The notes: a model not told the origin generated them from the sequence alone. 64,000 nt of DNA from Thermoplasmata archaeon (GCA_020348445.1 CP070751.1:628321-692320); one strand, 5' to 3'. Positions 1 through 10,608 are shown, counted from the first letter of the stretch. Translations and numbers: made by a program.

Positions 1-846
1 TTTTGCATTCTTCATGTGTTTTTTCTCTATCCTGACTATCTTCTCCCTGTTTGTCTCTATCTTTTTATAAATCCTAGTTATTAGCTCCTCGTGAACCTCC
101 TGAGACTCCACGTCCCTCATACCGCTTGTCTTGTGGGTTGAGCCTGTGACATGAATGAAACCTCCCCGTCCGAACTCCATCATGGGCGGGATGAGTTGTC
201 CACCAAAAACCGATTTATTATCCTTGGCCTTTGGTCTTTTAACAATTTTAACATCCTTTAGTTTGGGCATTACCATCTTTTCCCTAAGATGGCCGATTTC
301 ACCGTCGGTAAGAAGTATCACGGGAGTGCGGTAAATCTCAGAGAGATTGAAGCAATCTATCATCAAATCAAAGCATTCCTGAACCGAGGACGGTGCGAGG
401 GCTATAATCTCATGATCCCCGTGGGTTCCCCATCGGGCCTGCATCACATCCCCCTGAGCAGGCTTCGTGGCCTGGCCTGTGGAGGGTCCTGAGCGCTGCA
501 CATCCACGATAACACATGGGGTTTCAGTCATTACAGCGTAGCCGATATTCTCCTGCATCAGAGAGAAGCCAGGGCCTGATGTGGCTGTCATGGCCTTTCC
601 CCCTGCCCATGCCGCACCTATCACGGCACCGATACTCGCGATCTCGTCCTCAAACTGGACATAATAACCATTTACATTGGGAAGCAACCTTGCAATTAAC
701 TCGGCAACCTCAGAGGCGGGGGTGATAGGATAACCCCCAAAAAAATTACATCGGGCAAACAAGGCTCCGTAGGCAACAGCCTCATCTCCAAGTATGAAAA
801 AAGTCTTTCCTTCGAACTTTTTAAGGTAATTTTCGTAATAATCCAT
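1..846 (-). CDS. korA: 2-oxoacid:ferredoxin oxidoreductase alpha subunit (partial, runs off window start; missing from ORF track)
   Basis: Manual translation from ATG 846: MDYYENYLKKFEGKTFFILGDEAVAYGALFARCNFFGGYPITPASEVAE...QFEDEIASIGAVIGAAWAGGKAMTATSGPGFSLMQE...DVQRSGPSTGQATKPAQGD; open to position 1. Confidence 0.93.
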   Translation of the reverse strand, partial: MDYYENYLKKFEGKTFFILGDEAVAYGALFARCNFFGGYPITPASEVAELIARLLPNVNGYYVQFEDEIASIGAVIGAAWAGGKAMTATSGPGFSLMQENIGYAVMTETPCVIVDVQRSGPSTGQATKPAQGDVMQARWGTHGDHEIIALAPSSVQECFDLMIDCFNLSEIYRTPVILLTDGEIGHLREKMVMPKLKDVKIVKRPKAKDNKSVFGGQLIPPMMEFGRGGFIHVTGSTHKTSGMRDVESQEVHEELITRIYKKIETNREKIVRIEKKHMKNAK

Positions 847-856
847 AATTTTCGCC

Positions 857-1057
857 CTACTCGTTTATGATGAATATGGCAAATTCGGGGCATAGAAGCT
901 CGCAGAGCCTGCAGCCCAGACATTCATCCTCTTTTACGGCTTTTGGGGGATAGTAGCCCTTTTTGTTGATCTTATCAGAGGTCTCCAGCACCTTCATGGG
1001 GCAGAAATCTGTACAGATACCGCACCCTTTACAGAGTTCTTCGTCGATTTCTATCAT
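857..1057 (-). CDS. korD: 2[4Fe-4S] ferredoxin, delta subunit of 2-oxoacid oxidoreductase
   Basis: Two CxxCxxCxxxCP motifs; directly upstream of korA. Confidence 0.9.
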   Translation of the reverse strand: MIEIDEELCKGCGICTDFCPMKVLETSDKINKKGYYPPKAVKEDECLGCRLCELLCPEFAIFIINE

Positions 1058-1252
1058 TTATATGCCCAGCCTATTAGGGGATTTGGTTATATCAGAGGAA
1101 GGTAAAAAGTTTATGGTTGGGATATCTTATAGATTATTCGAATATTCAATAATAATCTCTCTTGATATAAGAGCGCAAGCCAAAGGAAATAAGAATGGAG
1201 AACTGGGGGTAATATGGTCTAAAAGTAACGTAGTCAATACCGTTTTACCATT

Positions 1253-2329
1253 TCAAATTTGGACCTCGATAATTATCGAGTGTGTATCTACTTCATCGTG
1301 TGCATCTTTAACTGTAAGAGAAATACCATAATAACCTATATTTGAAAATGTATAAGTCATTTGCTCGTCTTCGTCAGTGTGTACAATTGCTCCTGGCTCA
1401 TCTGGTTCGGTACTGTACGTAATAGTCCAATGGTAAACTAAATCACCATCATCAATAGAAATCCCTCCATCGAAATCCACTTCCTCCCCCGTAGATACAG
1501 TATTATCTCCATCCTCATCTTCCCACGTAAATTTTGAATCAGGAGCAGCATTGATGAGCTTCTTATCATCGGCACTATAACTTGCATAAGATGAAGAATC
1601 CTTGACCTCATTATTTTTTATATCAATAGTTATAGTATAATTGCCACTTACATCATAATTTATTATTTGTTCATACTCGGGATTTCCTTCCACTGGAATC
1701 CATGTTCCGATTCCAGATGTGATCGAGTGAATCCCATCCTCATGCTCTATGCTTGCTATTCTTATTTCGGAATCTCCTGGCAGTGCACTGTTCGCCCCAC
1801 TTACCTCGATTTTGAGATTGAATTGTGGTTGTTCATCAACGATAATATTGTCAGAAATGGTTATGGACACATTCTTTAAAACGAAATCGATGCTATGTGT
1901 TATCTCATCTGAGGCTCCTTTGAATTCTACATTGATGTTATAATCACCGTTATCTACCACGAATTGATTGTAAGGTATCGTTATAGTTGCAGTGTTATCT
2001 TCTATATCCCAGTTATTGTTCGTATAAACAGTTGAACCGCTTTGTGTTATTGTTATTTTTGCCTGGCCAGAAATCTTGGAAGGCTTATCAGCACTTATAA
2101 AAGCCGTCAATTTCAATCCATCTGGGGTTTCTTGGGAATTTATCGTTATACCTTTGATGATGACTTCATCCTCATTAGAGGACTTAGACCCGTCATCCCC
2201 AAGAAAAATTATCGAAACAATAGCGATAATAACAATGGCAGCTATAATAATCCCAATAATAATTGGTAATTTTAAATTACCACTTGACGAGGATGAAGTA
2301 TGTGGATCCAGAGCAGAATATTGTTGCAT
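1253..2329 (-). CDS. Membrane-anchored protein with C-terminal PKD domain
   Basis: N-terminal TM helix (IIIGIIIAAIVIIAIVSIIFLG); C-terminal VDFDGGISIDDGDLVYHWT...YYGISLTVKD PKD pattern. Confidence 0.75.
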   Translation of the reverse strand: MQQYSALDPHTSSSSSGNLKLPIIIGIIIAAIVIIAIVSIIFLGDDGSKSSNEDEVIIKGITINSQETPDGLKLTAFISADKPSKISGQAKITITQSGSTVYTNNNWDIEDNTATITIPYNQFVVDNGDYNINVEFKGASDEITHSIDFVLKNVSITISDNIIVDEQPQFNLKIEVSGANSALPGDSEIRIASIEHEDGIHSITSGIGTWIPVEGNPEYEQIINYDVSGNYTITIDIKNNEVKDSSSYASYSADDKKLINAAPDSKFTWEDEDGDNTVSTGEEVDFDGGISIDDGDLVYHWTITYSTEPDEPGAIVHTDEDEQMTYTFSNIGYYGISLTVKDAHDEVDTHSIIIEVQI

Positions 2330-2493
2330 TCTTACCCCCTCCTTTATCCTGATTTATTTTTCAAGGGTGATTGGTGCCCTATTGCTCTATAAAATGACAT
2401 TGGAAGGTAAAAGGTTTATGGTTGTTAAAATGCATACATTAGAAATAGTAATTAAAAATAAAAAAAAGGAAGAAGGTTTTTGAGGAAGCTCTA

Positions 2494-5400
2494 TCATCCA
2501 ATGGTGATGGAATCCGAAGATCCCGCCGTTGACAGTCGAAAGTTATCATCGTCCTTTACTGTCAGTGTTAAAGTTCCTGAGCCTTCGTAGATAAGGGTCG
2601 TGGTGTCAGATAAAACCACAGGATTCACTTCTGGGCTTGGATACGGATCCGGTGTGTTGGTTGGAGCATTGTTGTAGTATTTCTTTGATACTGTCTGTGT
2701 TCCATATGTGTAGGTGATAGTTTCATCATCACTGCCTGGGTCTGAGACATCACTGGTTACTTCAAATGGATGGCCGATAAGAAGTGCACTGATATCCACT
2801 TCCCAGGGCTCTACATGGTTCCAGTGGTCACTGTCTCTGATCATGGACTGCTGTGTATTGAACGTGTGATGCACTTTTTCCTCGGAGCCGTTGGGGAACT
2901 TTATTATCACCCAAACCGGGTTTCCTGCGTTGTCCTTTTTATCTTTGCCGTTATTGCCCTGGTCTCCATTTATCTCGTCACCGCTGTCCGGATATGGATC
3001 ATATGTCACCACCGCCCTGTAGGTCTTAGTCATATCGAGTGTGGTTGGAAGCGCTGGATTTACGTAAGTGGGATTGTTGTCTGGATTGCCAGGCCATCTT
3101 TCAACCTCGAGATAGCCTACTGAACTGTTGCCTTCGTACAATGTCAGGCCCACATTGCTCCACTTGGAGCCTGCGACTCTTAGTTTGATTTCCACGTCCA
3201 TAGTCGCTGACTCAATGCTTACATCTGGATCGACATTTAGAACCGTTATTACGCAGGTGTCTGTGTCTGTTAGACCGCTGAAATCCATTACTGTCAATGT
3301 CACGGTGTAGTTACCATCTGTGCCGTCGCCGTCGTCACCATAGACATGGGTTGGCATTGGACCTGTTGCGTCAACATCATTGGTTGGGTTCCCATCAGAA
3401 TCGGAATCCACATTGGCGTCAAAGTCCCAAGTATAGGTGAGAATCGAGTCCTTGATAAGTTGAGTTACGTCATCTATGAAGCTCTCTTCGTCGTCTATTT
3501 CGTACGCTGTTCCATTGGTCTGTGCACCAAGAGATATGAACAGATCCTGAATCGGGCCTGTTGCAGAACCATTGGGTCCGTCAGGATCGCAGGCCTCGTC
3601 GTACATTGGGAACATGAGCACTTTGTTCTCATTGGCAATTATGGCAGTTCCGTTGATTGTATCCCAATCCTGTGGCCAGACATAGGGATCACTTGAAGGT
3701 CCAGAGCCCGACACACCATCTCTGTGTTGATGCCATGGGGCCGAATCACCTATGGGCGATACTATCCTAAGAGCACCGGCACGCCAGTAATGATGAACAG
3801 CTACATATGCGGCGCCCTGTGCCCAGCCTTCAGATACATGTGTGGAATGACTGTCGCAAGTCTGGTTGGGAATCAAAAGACATGGAGAAGGATTGGCTGT
3901 GTTAACATTATGTCCATGTGGATTGCTGATCAGGGGATTTCTCAGGCAGTCAGTTAGTCTGGTACTACCATTAGGTTGAATCCGGATACCGTAATCCATC
4001 CAGCCATCCATAATGGAAGAGTTGTAGGTGTTGCCGTGGTCCAGGCCATAAACTCTGAACCTAAGGTCAAATCCCTCATCCTCCAAAGATTGCTCGATTG
4101 CCGGAAGCGTTCTCGATAATATGTTCCACTCGTCAGGCATGCTGGGTGATGTATCAACCACGAACACCATATCCACCTTTGGATCGGGATCATAAGATCC
4201 TGTGCCGTTGAATTGAACTGTGTCCCCCTCGTACACAGTTTGATCTGGACCGGCATTTGCTACAGGTGGATCGTTGAACTCGGGAAGCTGTGTTCTCCAG
4301 GTATTGTGGGTCTTCCATGGCTGGTAGTCGTTGGTTATGGAAAGATCTGATCTCACGTTCGTGAAGTAGTAGGCCATCTGATTCCAAACAGGTCTGCACT
4401 CCACCCATGTGTCGTCGTTTCCGAGAATCAACAATTCTCTGTTGTAGTCTGCGCCTCCACCTGAGTAACCGTTTCCGCTGGGCACTACAATTTCGGCATG
4501 GTCATCTAGGTCGACATCTGCAATGACTGGTGAATGCTCGTTTTCATCGATGTCTATGTTGCTGTTCCAGGTTACATTACCAGTCATTCCATCCAGAACC
4601 AAAGCAGCAATGTCGTCTGAGATAACGGTAACCTCTGGCGATCCGTCACCATTTAGGTCGGTATTTGTGAGATCCGGATTGTCCCACTCCCCAACCCCGA
4701 GATAACCACTGTTCCAAAGAACAGAACCATCGCCATTGAGTGCAAGAACCCGGCCATTTAAACCCCCTGAAACTGATTCTCTTGTTCCAACTGCAATCTC
4801 CGGGTAGCCGTCGAGATCAAGGTCTGAGACAGCTGGGCCTGAGTTGAATACACTCAGGTTGTACATCCATTTGAGAGTTCCATTATAACGGTATACAAAT
4901 ACCCCATTACTAGCAGATCTAAATCCCTGTACTGTGATTATCTCAGGATATCCGTCTAGTTCCAAATCAGCAACAGCGAAGTCGGTTCCGGTTCCTGTCC
5001 ACCACAATGTTCCATTGTTACGATAGACAGAAAGTCTTCCACTTCTGGAGCCTCCAAAGGCACAAATGACCTCATTGTTCGCATCGTCATCGAGATCCAA
5101 TACAGACACTTTATTATAGCCAGCGCCATCATCACCTCCAGCTGGTTTTTCCCAGATGAGAGAACCATCAAGTCCGCTTAATACCTTCAAATTGTTGGTA
5201 GTAGTTGACCTGCTTAGAGCGACAACGACATCGGGATAGGAATCGTCGTTCACCTTCCCAATTGCAGGAGCATGGTTTGTCCAATATTCATAACTGTACC
5301 TTGCGTTGACAATTCTAACCCAAAGTATGCTCCCGTTGGGTTCAATGGCGTAAACCCGTCCTGTTCCGTCCCAAACAAACACCACTATCTCAGCGATACC

Positions 5401-5751
5401 GTCATTGTTTAGATCTCCAATGGCAGGTGCATATGGTGCTCCTCCCAAATCTTTTGACCATACCAACTCCACAGTGTCATTTGCGTGCTTGCGGATCACG
5501 TTGAGTCTACCGCTCCCGCCAGAGCTGGACAGTGTTTGGGGATTGACGCTGCTGAATATAATCTCAGGGAGCTCATCACCGCTAATGTTGCCAACTACTG
5601 GTGTGGATGGGTATCCGTTGTTGATGGGTCCATAATGTGCTTCCAAAGCATCAGGTTCTGCTGGTGGCCCAACACTTGTTACAAATAGTGCTGCAAAAGC
5701 CACTGAAAACATAATGGCACAAAGTGCTATGGCTGTTGTTTTGGTCTTCAT
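2494..5751 (-). CDS. Large secreted protein: FG-GAP/VCBS beta-propeller, vWA domain, PKD domain(s)
   Basis: Signal peptide; repeated GDLNNDGIAEIVV/ADLELDGYPEII motifs; VFVVDTSPSM MIDAS-like motif; VANAGPDQTVYEG...YTWDFD...YTVTLTV PKD. Confidence 0.85.
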   Translation of the reverse strand: MKTKTTAIALCAIMFSVAFAALFVTSVGPPAEPDALEAHYGPINNGYPSTPVVGNISGDELPEIIFSSVNPQTLSSSGGSGRLNVIRKHANDTVELVWSKDLGGAPYAPAIGDLNNDGIAEIVVFVWDGTGRVYAIEPNGSILWVRIVNARYSYEYWTNHAPAIGKVNDDSYPDVVVALSRSTTTNNLKVLSGLDGSLIWEKPAGGDDGAGYNKVSVLDLDDDANNEVICAFGGSRSGRLSVYRNNGTLWWTGTGTDFAVADLELDGYPEIITVQGFRSASNGVFVYRYNGTLKWMYNLSVFNSGPAVSDLDLDGYPEIAVGTRESVSGGLNGRVLALNGDGSVLWNSGYLGVGEWDNPDLTNTDLNGDGSPEVTVISDDIAALVLDGMTGNVTWNSNIDIDENEHSPVIADVDLDDHAEIVVPSGNGYSGGGADYNRELLILGNDDTWVECRPVWNQMAYYFTNVRSDLSITNDYQPWKTHNTWRTQLPEFNDPPVANAGPDQTVYEGDTVQFNGTGSYDPDPKVDMVFVVDTSPSMPDEWNILSRTLPAIEQSLEDEGFDLRFRVYGLDHGNTYNSSIMDGWMDYGIRIQPNGSTRLTDCLRNPLISNPHGHNVNTANPSPCLLIPNQTCDSHSTHVSEGWAQGAAYVAVHHYWRAGALRIVSPIGDSAPWHQHRDGVSGSGPSSDPYVWPQDWDTINGTAIIANENKVLMFPMYDEACDPDGPNGSATGPIQDLFISLGAQTNGTAYEIDDEESFIDDVTQLIKDSILTYTWDFDANVDSDSDGNPTNDVDATGPMPTHVYGDDGDGTDGNYTVTLTVMDFSGLTDTDTCVITVLNVDPDVSIESATMDVEIKLRVAGSKWSNVGLTLYEGNSSVGYLEVERWPGNPDNNPTYVNPALPTTLDMTKTYRAVVTYDPYPDSGDEINGDQGNNGKDKKDNAGNPVWVIIKFPNGSEEKVHHTFNTQQSMIRDSDHWNHVEPWEVDISALLIGHPFEVTSDVSDPGSDDETITYTYGTQTVSKKYYNNAPTNTPDPYPSPEVNPVVLSDTTTLIYEGSGTLTLTVKDDDNFRLSTAGSSDSITIG

Positions 5752-6093
5752 TTCCTATTACCTCCCTCCTGAGGCTTATTGGTATTTATGTCATAGCGCC
5801 CCACCTCGGCGCTAATAGTCACTTTGGGAAAAGGGATTGTGCCGATTTTAATGGTTGCTTATCCCCTCTCCCCAATGCGGTATTAAATTGAATTTAGAGT
5901 ATTTAAATATTGTTATTTTCAGTTGTGGCTTATCGTCCAAGGGACTGTGACAATATCGTTTTTGTGAAATTCTCTTGGATTTAGCCGTCTTAACTTGGCT
6001 TAAAATCAACCCGGGGATTCCAAATCTCAACTTTTATATATATATTCGCATATTTTATACGTATTACTGAAATAGAATCTTGGACGTGAAACC

Positions 6094-6936
6094 TTGAGAA
6101 GATCTTTCGTGTTAGTACTTGCCATAATTTGCGTCTTTTCTCTTTTAACAATCTGGACACCCATATCCAATGCAGAGGTCCAAAAGCCTGAATGGAAAGT
6201 TGGAGACAAATGGTATTATGAAACTCCCGATCCCGGCATTAACGCTAATCTCACTGTTAAGGTGATTGATATTACCACGATAAATGTGAACGAAACCGAT
6301 TATGATGTATATGTTGTTAACAGCACATTCCTGATGTCCATGTCGGGGGATAATTCAACTGAATATTGGGACAAATATATTTCGACAGATAATTTTGCAA
6401 CTGTAAAAGAAAATATCTTTCGCATAGGATTTGCTCGAGAAATCATTCGAAGGGTGGTGACATATAAACCCCCCAGAATGGATTATGATTTTCCGCTCTC
6501 TGTTGGGAAGGCATGGAAATCAATTTACACTGAGTATGTGGATGTTGAAGGTCAAGGCGTTTTTAGTTTTTCCACAATTCATAACTATACAGTTCTCGGA
6601 GAGGAAAAAATAACTACCCTCGCAGGAACATTTGAATGCTATAAAATTGAAAGAGATCATGGCTCAGGGATCAAGAATTATTTATGGTATTCAAAAGACG
6701 TTAAAAACATTGTGAATACAACTGGTGGAACAGAAGAAATGCCCTGGAATATGGAGCTTGTCTCCTATAATATCTCATCTGAAGATGGAGATGGAGACAA
6801 CGATGGAGGCAAGAATGACAAAAAAGATGGAGAATTTGATCTATTTGCCATGCCCTATCTTCTGATTCTCATACTGGTTCCCATAATTATTGTTATAATT
6901 ATTATATTGTGGATTGTAATAAGGAGGAGAAAGTAA
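6094..6936 (+). CDS. Secreted/membrane protein with C-terminal TM anchor, unknown function
   Basis: Signal peptide, KPEWKVGDKWYY start, ITTLAGTFECYKIE, C-terminal hydrophobic helix plus RRRK. Confidence 0.7.
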   Translation: MRRSFVLVLAIICVFSLLTIWTPISNAEVQKPEWKVGDKWYYETPDPGINANLTVKVIDITTINVNETDYDVYVVNSTFLMSMSGDNSTEYWDKYISTDNFATVKENIFRIGFAREIIRRVVTYKPPRMDYDFPLSVGKAWKSIYTEYVDVEGQGVFSFSTIHNYTVLGEEKITTLAGTFECYKIERDHGSGIKNYLWYSKDVKNIVNTTGGTEEMPWNMELVSYNISSEDGDGDNDGGKNDKKDGEFDLFAMPYLLILILVPIIIVIIIILWIVIRRRK

Positions 6937-7024
6937 GGAAAAGGTGGTGGGAGTGTAACCTAACACCTTAGTAATAAAAGATAATCTCAACTTTTAAATA
7001 GCAACCCATGTATTTTCTTTTTCA

Positions 7025-7843
7025 ATGATCGTGGATTTTCACATTCATATCGGTAAAAGAGAGCATTGGCATCCCTGGGTGAATCAGCATTTCAAAAAAA
7101 CAAACCCCACCCTGTACGAGAACTTCGATGACATCATGGTTCCCGAGGGGTTAGAAACCTATTTAAAAAACCAGGGTGTGGATTATGCGGTAATCCTGGC
7201 CGAGAATTCACCTATCACCACCGGTGTTGTTTCCAATGCCTTTGTGTATGATTTTTGCAAAGACAAAGACATGTTCGTTCCTTTCGCATCCATAGATCCC
7301 AAGACCGAGGATGAACCTGCACAGAAGCTCAGGGAGTTGGTTAAGGATAAAGGTTTCAAGGGCCTGAAGCTCTACCCCTCATATCAACAATTTTATCCCA
7401 ATGATGATCTTGCTCACCCGTTATACGAAGAGGCCCAAGCATTGAATATCCCTGTTCTTGTCCACACCGGCTCCTCCATATTCAAAGGCTCAAGGCTGAA
7501 GTACGCAAATCCACTTCTTTTAGATGATGTGGCAGTTGATTTTCCAGATCTGAAAATAATAATGGCACATTCTGGGAGAGGATTGTGGTACAAGGAAGCT
7601 TTCTTCTTATCCAGACTTCATAAAAATGTTTATATGGAGATATCAGGTCTTCCGCCTAAGAAACTGCTCTCCTATTTCCCAAATCTAGAAGAAAATAAAG
7701 ATAAGGTGATATTTGGCAGCGATTGGCCAGGAGTTGCCAGCATAAAAGATAATATAGACGCAGTCAATGCACTCCCCCTTTATAACTCTACAAAAGAGAA
7801 GATACTTAGTATAAATGCAAAAATAGTATTAGGACTGAAGTGA
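7025..7843 (+). CDS. Amidohydrolase_2 family metal-dependent hydrolase
   Basis: DFHIH, GLKLYP, VLVHTG, IIMAHSG, FGSDWP motifs. Confidence 0.88.
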   Translation: MIVDFHIHIGKREHWHPWVNQHFKKTNPTLYENFDDIMVPEGLETYLKNQGVDYAVILAENSPITTGVVSNAFVYDFCKDKDMFVPFASIDPKTEDEPAQKLRELVKDKGFKGLKLYPSYQQFYPNDDLAHPLYEEAQALNIPVLVHTGSSIFKGSRLKYANPLLLDDVAVDFPDLKIIMAHSGRGLWYKEAFFLSRLHKNVYMEISGLPPKKLLSYFPNLEENKDKVIFGSDWPGVASIKDNIDAVNALPLYNSTKEKILSINAKIVLGLK

Positions 7844-7853
7844 GGTACCAAAG

Positions 7854-8132
7854 ATGAGAATCAAGGTAAAACTCCTAAAACCCTTCTCAGATATCGCAGG
7901 AAAAGATGAGATGGATTTGGATTTCGAAGGGGAAAACATACAAAATGCTTTGGATGGTCTATGTGAACTATATCCCAACCTGAGAAAGGAGCTATTTAAT
8001 GAAAAAGGGGACGTTGACTTCAATATCAACATCTTCATAAACGACAAGCCAATGACAGCCGAAGATGATACTACAACGAACCTTTCAGAAGGTGACATTC
8101 TTCTGATTTTCATGCCTGTTGCAGGCGGTTGA
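7854..8132 (+). CDS. moaD: MoaD/ThiS family ubiquitin-like sulfur carrier
   Basis: 92 aa beta-grasp size, NIFIND, C-terminal PVAGG; precedes AOR. Confidence 0.88.
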   Translation: MRIKVKLLKPFSDIAGKDEMDLDFEGENIQNALDGLCELYPNLRKELFNEKGDVDFNINIFINDKPMTAEDDTTTNLSEGDILLIFMPVAGG

Positions 8133-8217
8133 TTTTTTTAATTCCGCAAAACTTAAAAACAGCGCGTATATATCCTGTGGCACTAAGTATAACCTTGCTT
8201 TCGTTGAGGTTGATACC

Positions 8218-10050
8218 ATGCTTAACAGGAAACTCGGTGTTGTGGATCTTTCTAAGGGAAAGATCGAAATCCAGGAAGTTTCAGAATCCCTAAGAAAAGC
8301 ACTTTTGGGAGGTAGGGGTTTTAACTCGTACTATCTTTGGAATATGGTTCCTGAGGGAATTGACCCCCTCTCCCCAGAAAATGTTCTTATCTTTGGTGCA
8401 GGTTTTCTTACAGGCACACTTGCTCCATCATCGGGAAGGTTCAACGTATCTGCTAAATCCCCTGAAACCGGATTTCTTGGCGACACCAATTGCGGTGGAT
8501 TCTTTGCACCTGAACTTAGGTACGCTGGTTTTGACAGATTGATTTTAAAGGGCAAGGCCGAAAAACCAAGTTACATATATGTGGAGGATGGAGCAATCGA
8601 AATAAGGGATGCCCAAGATTACTGGGGCCTGGACACATTGGATGTGCAGAAGGCTTTTCGAAAAGACCTTGGTCAGGTGGAGATGGCGGTATGCGGTGTG
8701 GCAGGAGAGAATTTAGTAAGGTATGCGTGCATCCGAACCGGTATTAAAAATGCAGGGGGTAGGACTGGTATGGGCTGTGTCATGGGCTCCAAGAATATCA
8801 AGGCTATCGTGGCCCAAGGTACAATAGGGATAGAGATCGCCCATCCTGAGGAGATGCTGAAGACTGTAGAGGAATTAAAAGACTACATCATGAAGTCCAA
8901 GATCACGCCTATCCTCGGGTCCGTGGGCACACCACTTCTGTATGAAGTGTCCAACGCCTTCGGAGGAATAAGAACAAAAAACAGCCAACTCAACGCATGG
9001 TCCGATGATTTCAATGCATCAGAAGTTGAAAAATTCGTAGAAAAGATGATTTCATGCTCATCATGTTTTGTTCATTGTAGGCACAGAAATACATTGGGAG
9101 GAGAGGGGCCCGAGTACACTGCATTGGGCCTTTTGGGCTCCAATATAGGAATGGAGAAACTTGAGGACTGCATCAAAATGCAGAACCAGGTAAATGATCT
9201 TGGACTGGACGTCTCCTCAACTGGAACATATCTTGCTTGGGCAACTGAACTATTTGAAAAAGGCCTGATTGATGAGAAGGTGACTGGTGGAATAGACCTG
9301 AGCTTCAATGATTTCGAAACCTACACTAAATTAATTGATATGATATCACGCAGGGAAGGTTTTGGTGACATCCTTGCCGAGGGGCAGTGGGCGGCAGAGA
9401 AACTAAATGATCCAAATAGAGATTACCTCATCGCAGTAAAAGGGCTTCCACAATCTGACCCGCATGACGTGAGGTACATGAAGGCTTTTGCATTGGGCAT
9501 AGCGACGTCTTCCAGGGGAGCAGATCACTTAAGGAGCAGGCCAACATTGGAGATATTCTTCAAATTACCTCCGGATGTGAGAAACAAAATCTATGGAGCA
9601 GAAATAGCAAACAACCCCATTACACTGGATACCAAGGAGCATGTTGTGTCTTGGTCGGAAAATATCTTTGCGACAATCGATTGTTTGGGAATGTGCAAGT
9701 TCATTTGCCATGGATTCAACAGCCCACATTTCGTGGATTATGACTGGATGCTGAGATTGATCAATGCAGCTTCGGGCTGGGACTATACCGATGCTCAACT
9801 TAGAGCAGTAGGTCCGAGAGTAATAGATATCGAAAGGCTGTTTAACATGAAGCACGGACTCACAAAGGCCCATGATACTCTTCCCAAAAAGTACTTTGAC
9901 GATCCAAGCCCGCTGAAGGTGGCAAAGGGACATCATATAGACAGGGAAGAATTTGCCAAGGCTCTTGATAGGTTCTATGAGGTGAAGGGTTGGACGCCCC
10001 AGGGGAAGGTAAAAGACGACCGCATTGCAGAGCTGGAGGCGATAGCGTGA
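8218..10050 (+). CDS. aor: Tungsten-dependent aldehyde:ferredoxin oxidoreductase family
   Basis: LGGRG, SAKSPETG, GGFFAPELRYAGFD, GMGCVMGSKN, CxxCxxxC (CSSCFVHC), GPEY, DLGLD, RGADH; start moved to ATG 8218 after GAGGT RBS. Confidence 0.92.
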   Translation: MLNRKLGVVDLSKGKIEIQEVSESLRKALLGGRGFNSYYLWNMVPEGIDPLSPENVLIFGAGFLTGTLAPSSGRFNVSAKSPETGFLGDTNCGGFFAPELRYAGFDRLILKGKAEKPSYIYVEDGAIEIRDAQDYWGLDTLDVQKAFRKDLGQVEMAVCGVAGENLVRYACIRTGIKNAGGRTGMGCVMGSKNIKAIVAQGTIGIEIAHPEEMLKTVEELKDYIMKSKITPILGSVGTPLLYEVSNAFGGIRTKNSQLNAWSDDFNASEVEKFVEKMISCSSCFVHCRHRNTLGGEGPEYTALGLLGSNIGMEKLEDCIKMQNQVNDLGLDVSSTGTYLAWATELFEKGLIDEKVTGGIDLSFNDFETYTKLIDMISRREGFGDILAEGQWAAEKLNDPNRDYLIAVKGLPQSDPHDVRYMKAFALGIATSSRGADHLRSRPTLEIFFKLPPDVRNKIYGAEIANNPITLDTKEHVVSWSENIFATIDCLGMCKFICHGFNSPHFVDYDWMLRLINAASGWDYTDAQLRAVGPRVIDIERLFNMKHGLTKAHDTLPKKYFDDPSPLKVAKGHHIDREEFAKALDRFYEVKGWTPQGKVKDDRIAELEAIA

Positions 10051-10502
10051 AATATCTATTCACCTACCCAGAGAAATGCACAGGATGTAGGCAGTGCTCA
10101 ATATCATGTGCCCTCAATAAACTTGGGGAATGCAATCCAAAAAAAGGTGCAATCAATGTTCTTAGGGATGAATTTGAGCGCTACGAAATCCAGTTCGTTT
10201 GCCTTCATTGCGAGGATCCCGAATGTGTTTTGGTATGTATGAAGAGTGCCATAACAAAGGGGGAGGATGGTATAGTCAGGGTAGACAAAGAAAAATGCAT
10301 TGGCTGCAGAATGTGCGTGGTAGCCTGTCCCTATGGGGCCATAACATCCTTTGAGGGGGATATCATCAAATGCGACCTGTGTGACGGGGAACCTGTATGT
10401 ATAAAATACTGTTCCACTGAAGCTGTGGTATACGAGGAGGAGAACGAGGAGCTAATGGATAGAAGAAAGGAACTGGCAAAGGTTATTCTGAAGAAAGAAT
10501 AG
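10047..10502 (+). CDS. 4Fe-4S dicluster electron-transfer subunit (DmsB/HybA-like) of the AOR operon
   Basis: Four Cys clusters (CTGCRQCSISC, CLHCEDPEC, CIGCRMCVVAC, CDLC...C); GTG start overlapping aor stop, GGAGG RBS. Confidence 0.9.
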   Translation: MKYLFTYPEKCTGCRQCSISCALNKLGECNPKKGAINVLRDEFERYEIQFVCLHCEDPECVLVCMKSAITKGEDGIVRVDKEKCIGCRMCVVACPYGAITSFEGDIIKCDLCDGEPVCIKYCSTEAVVYEEENEELMDRRKELAKVILKKE

Positions 10503-10608
10503 GGTCGAAATTTCTTATTCCCAAAACCTGCTCACAAACTCATATCCAAGCTTTTTCACTTTTTGAAAAACAAAATAATTAAATCAATAACAAAGCTATC
10601 CCCAGAAT

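Noticed and set aside
8218-10502. AOR plus Fe-S subunit as class II benzoyl-CoA reductase BamBC
   Set aside because: It keeps classical AOR motifs (GPEY, DLGLD, RGADH) and lacks the BamB-type Cys-ligand segment as I recall it; no bamDE-like genes are adjacent
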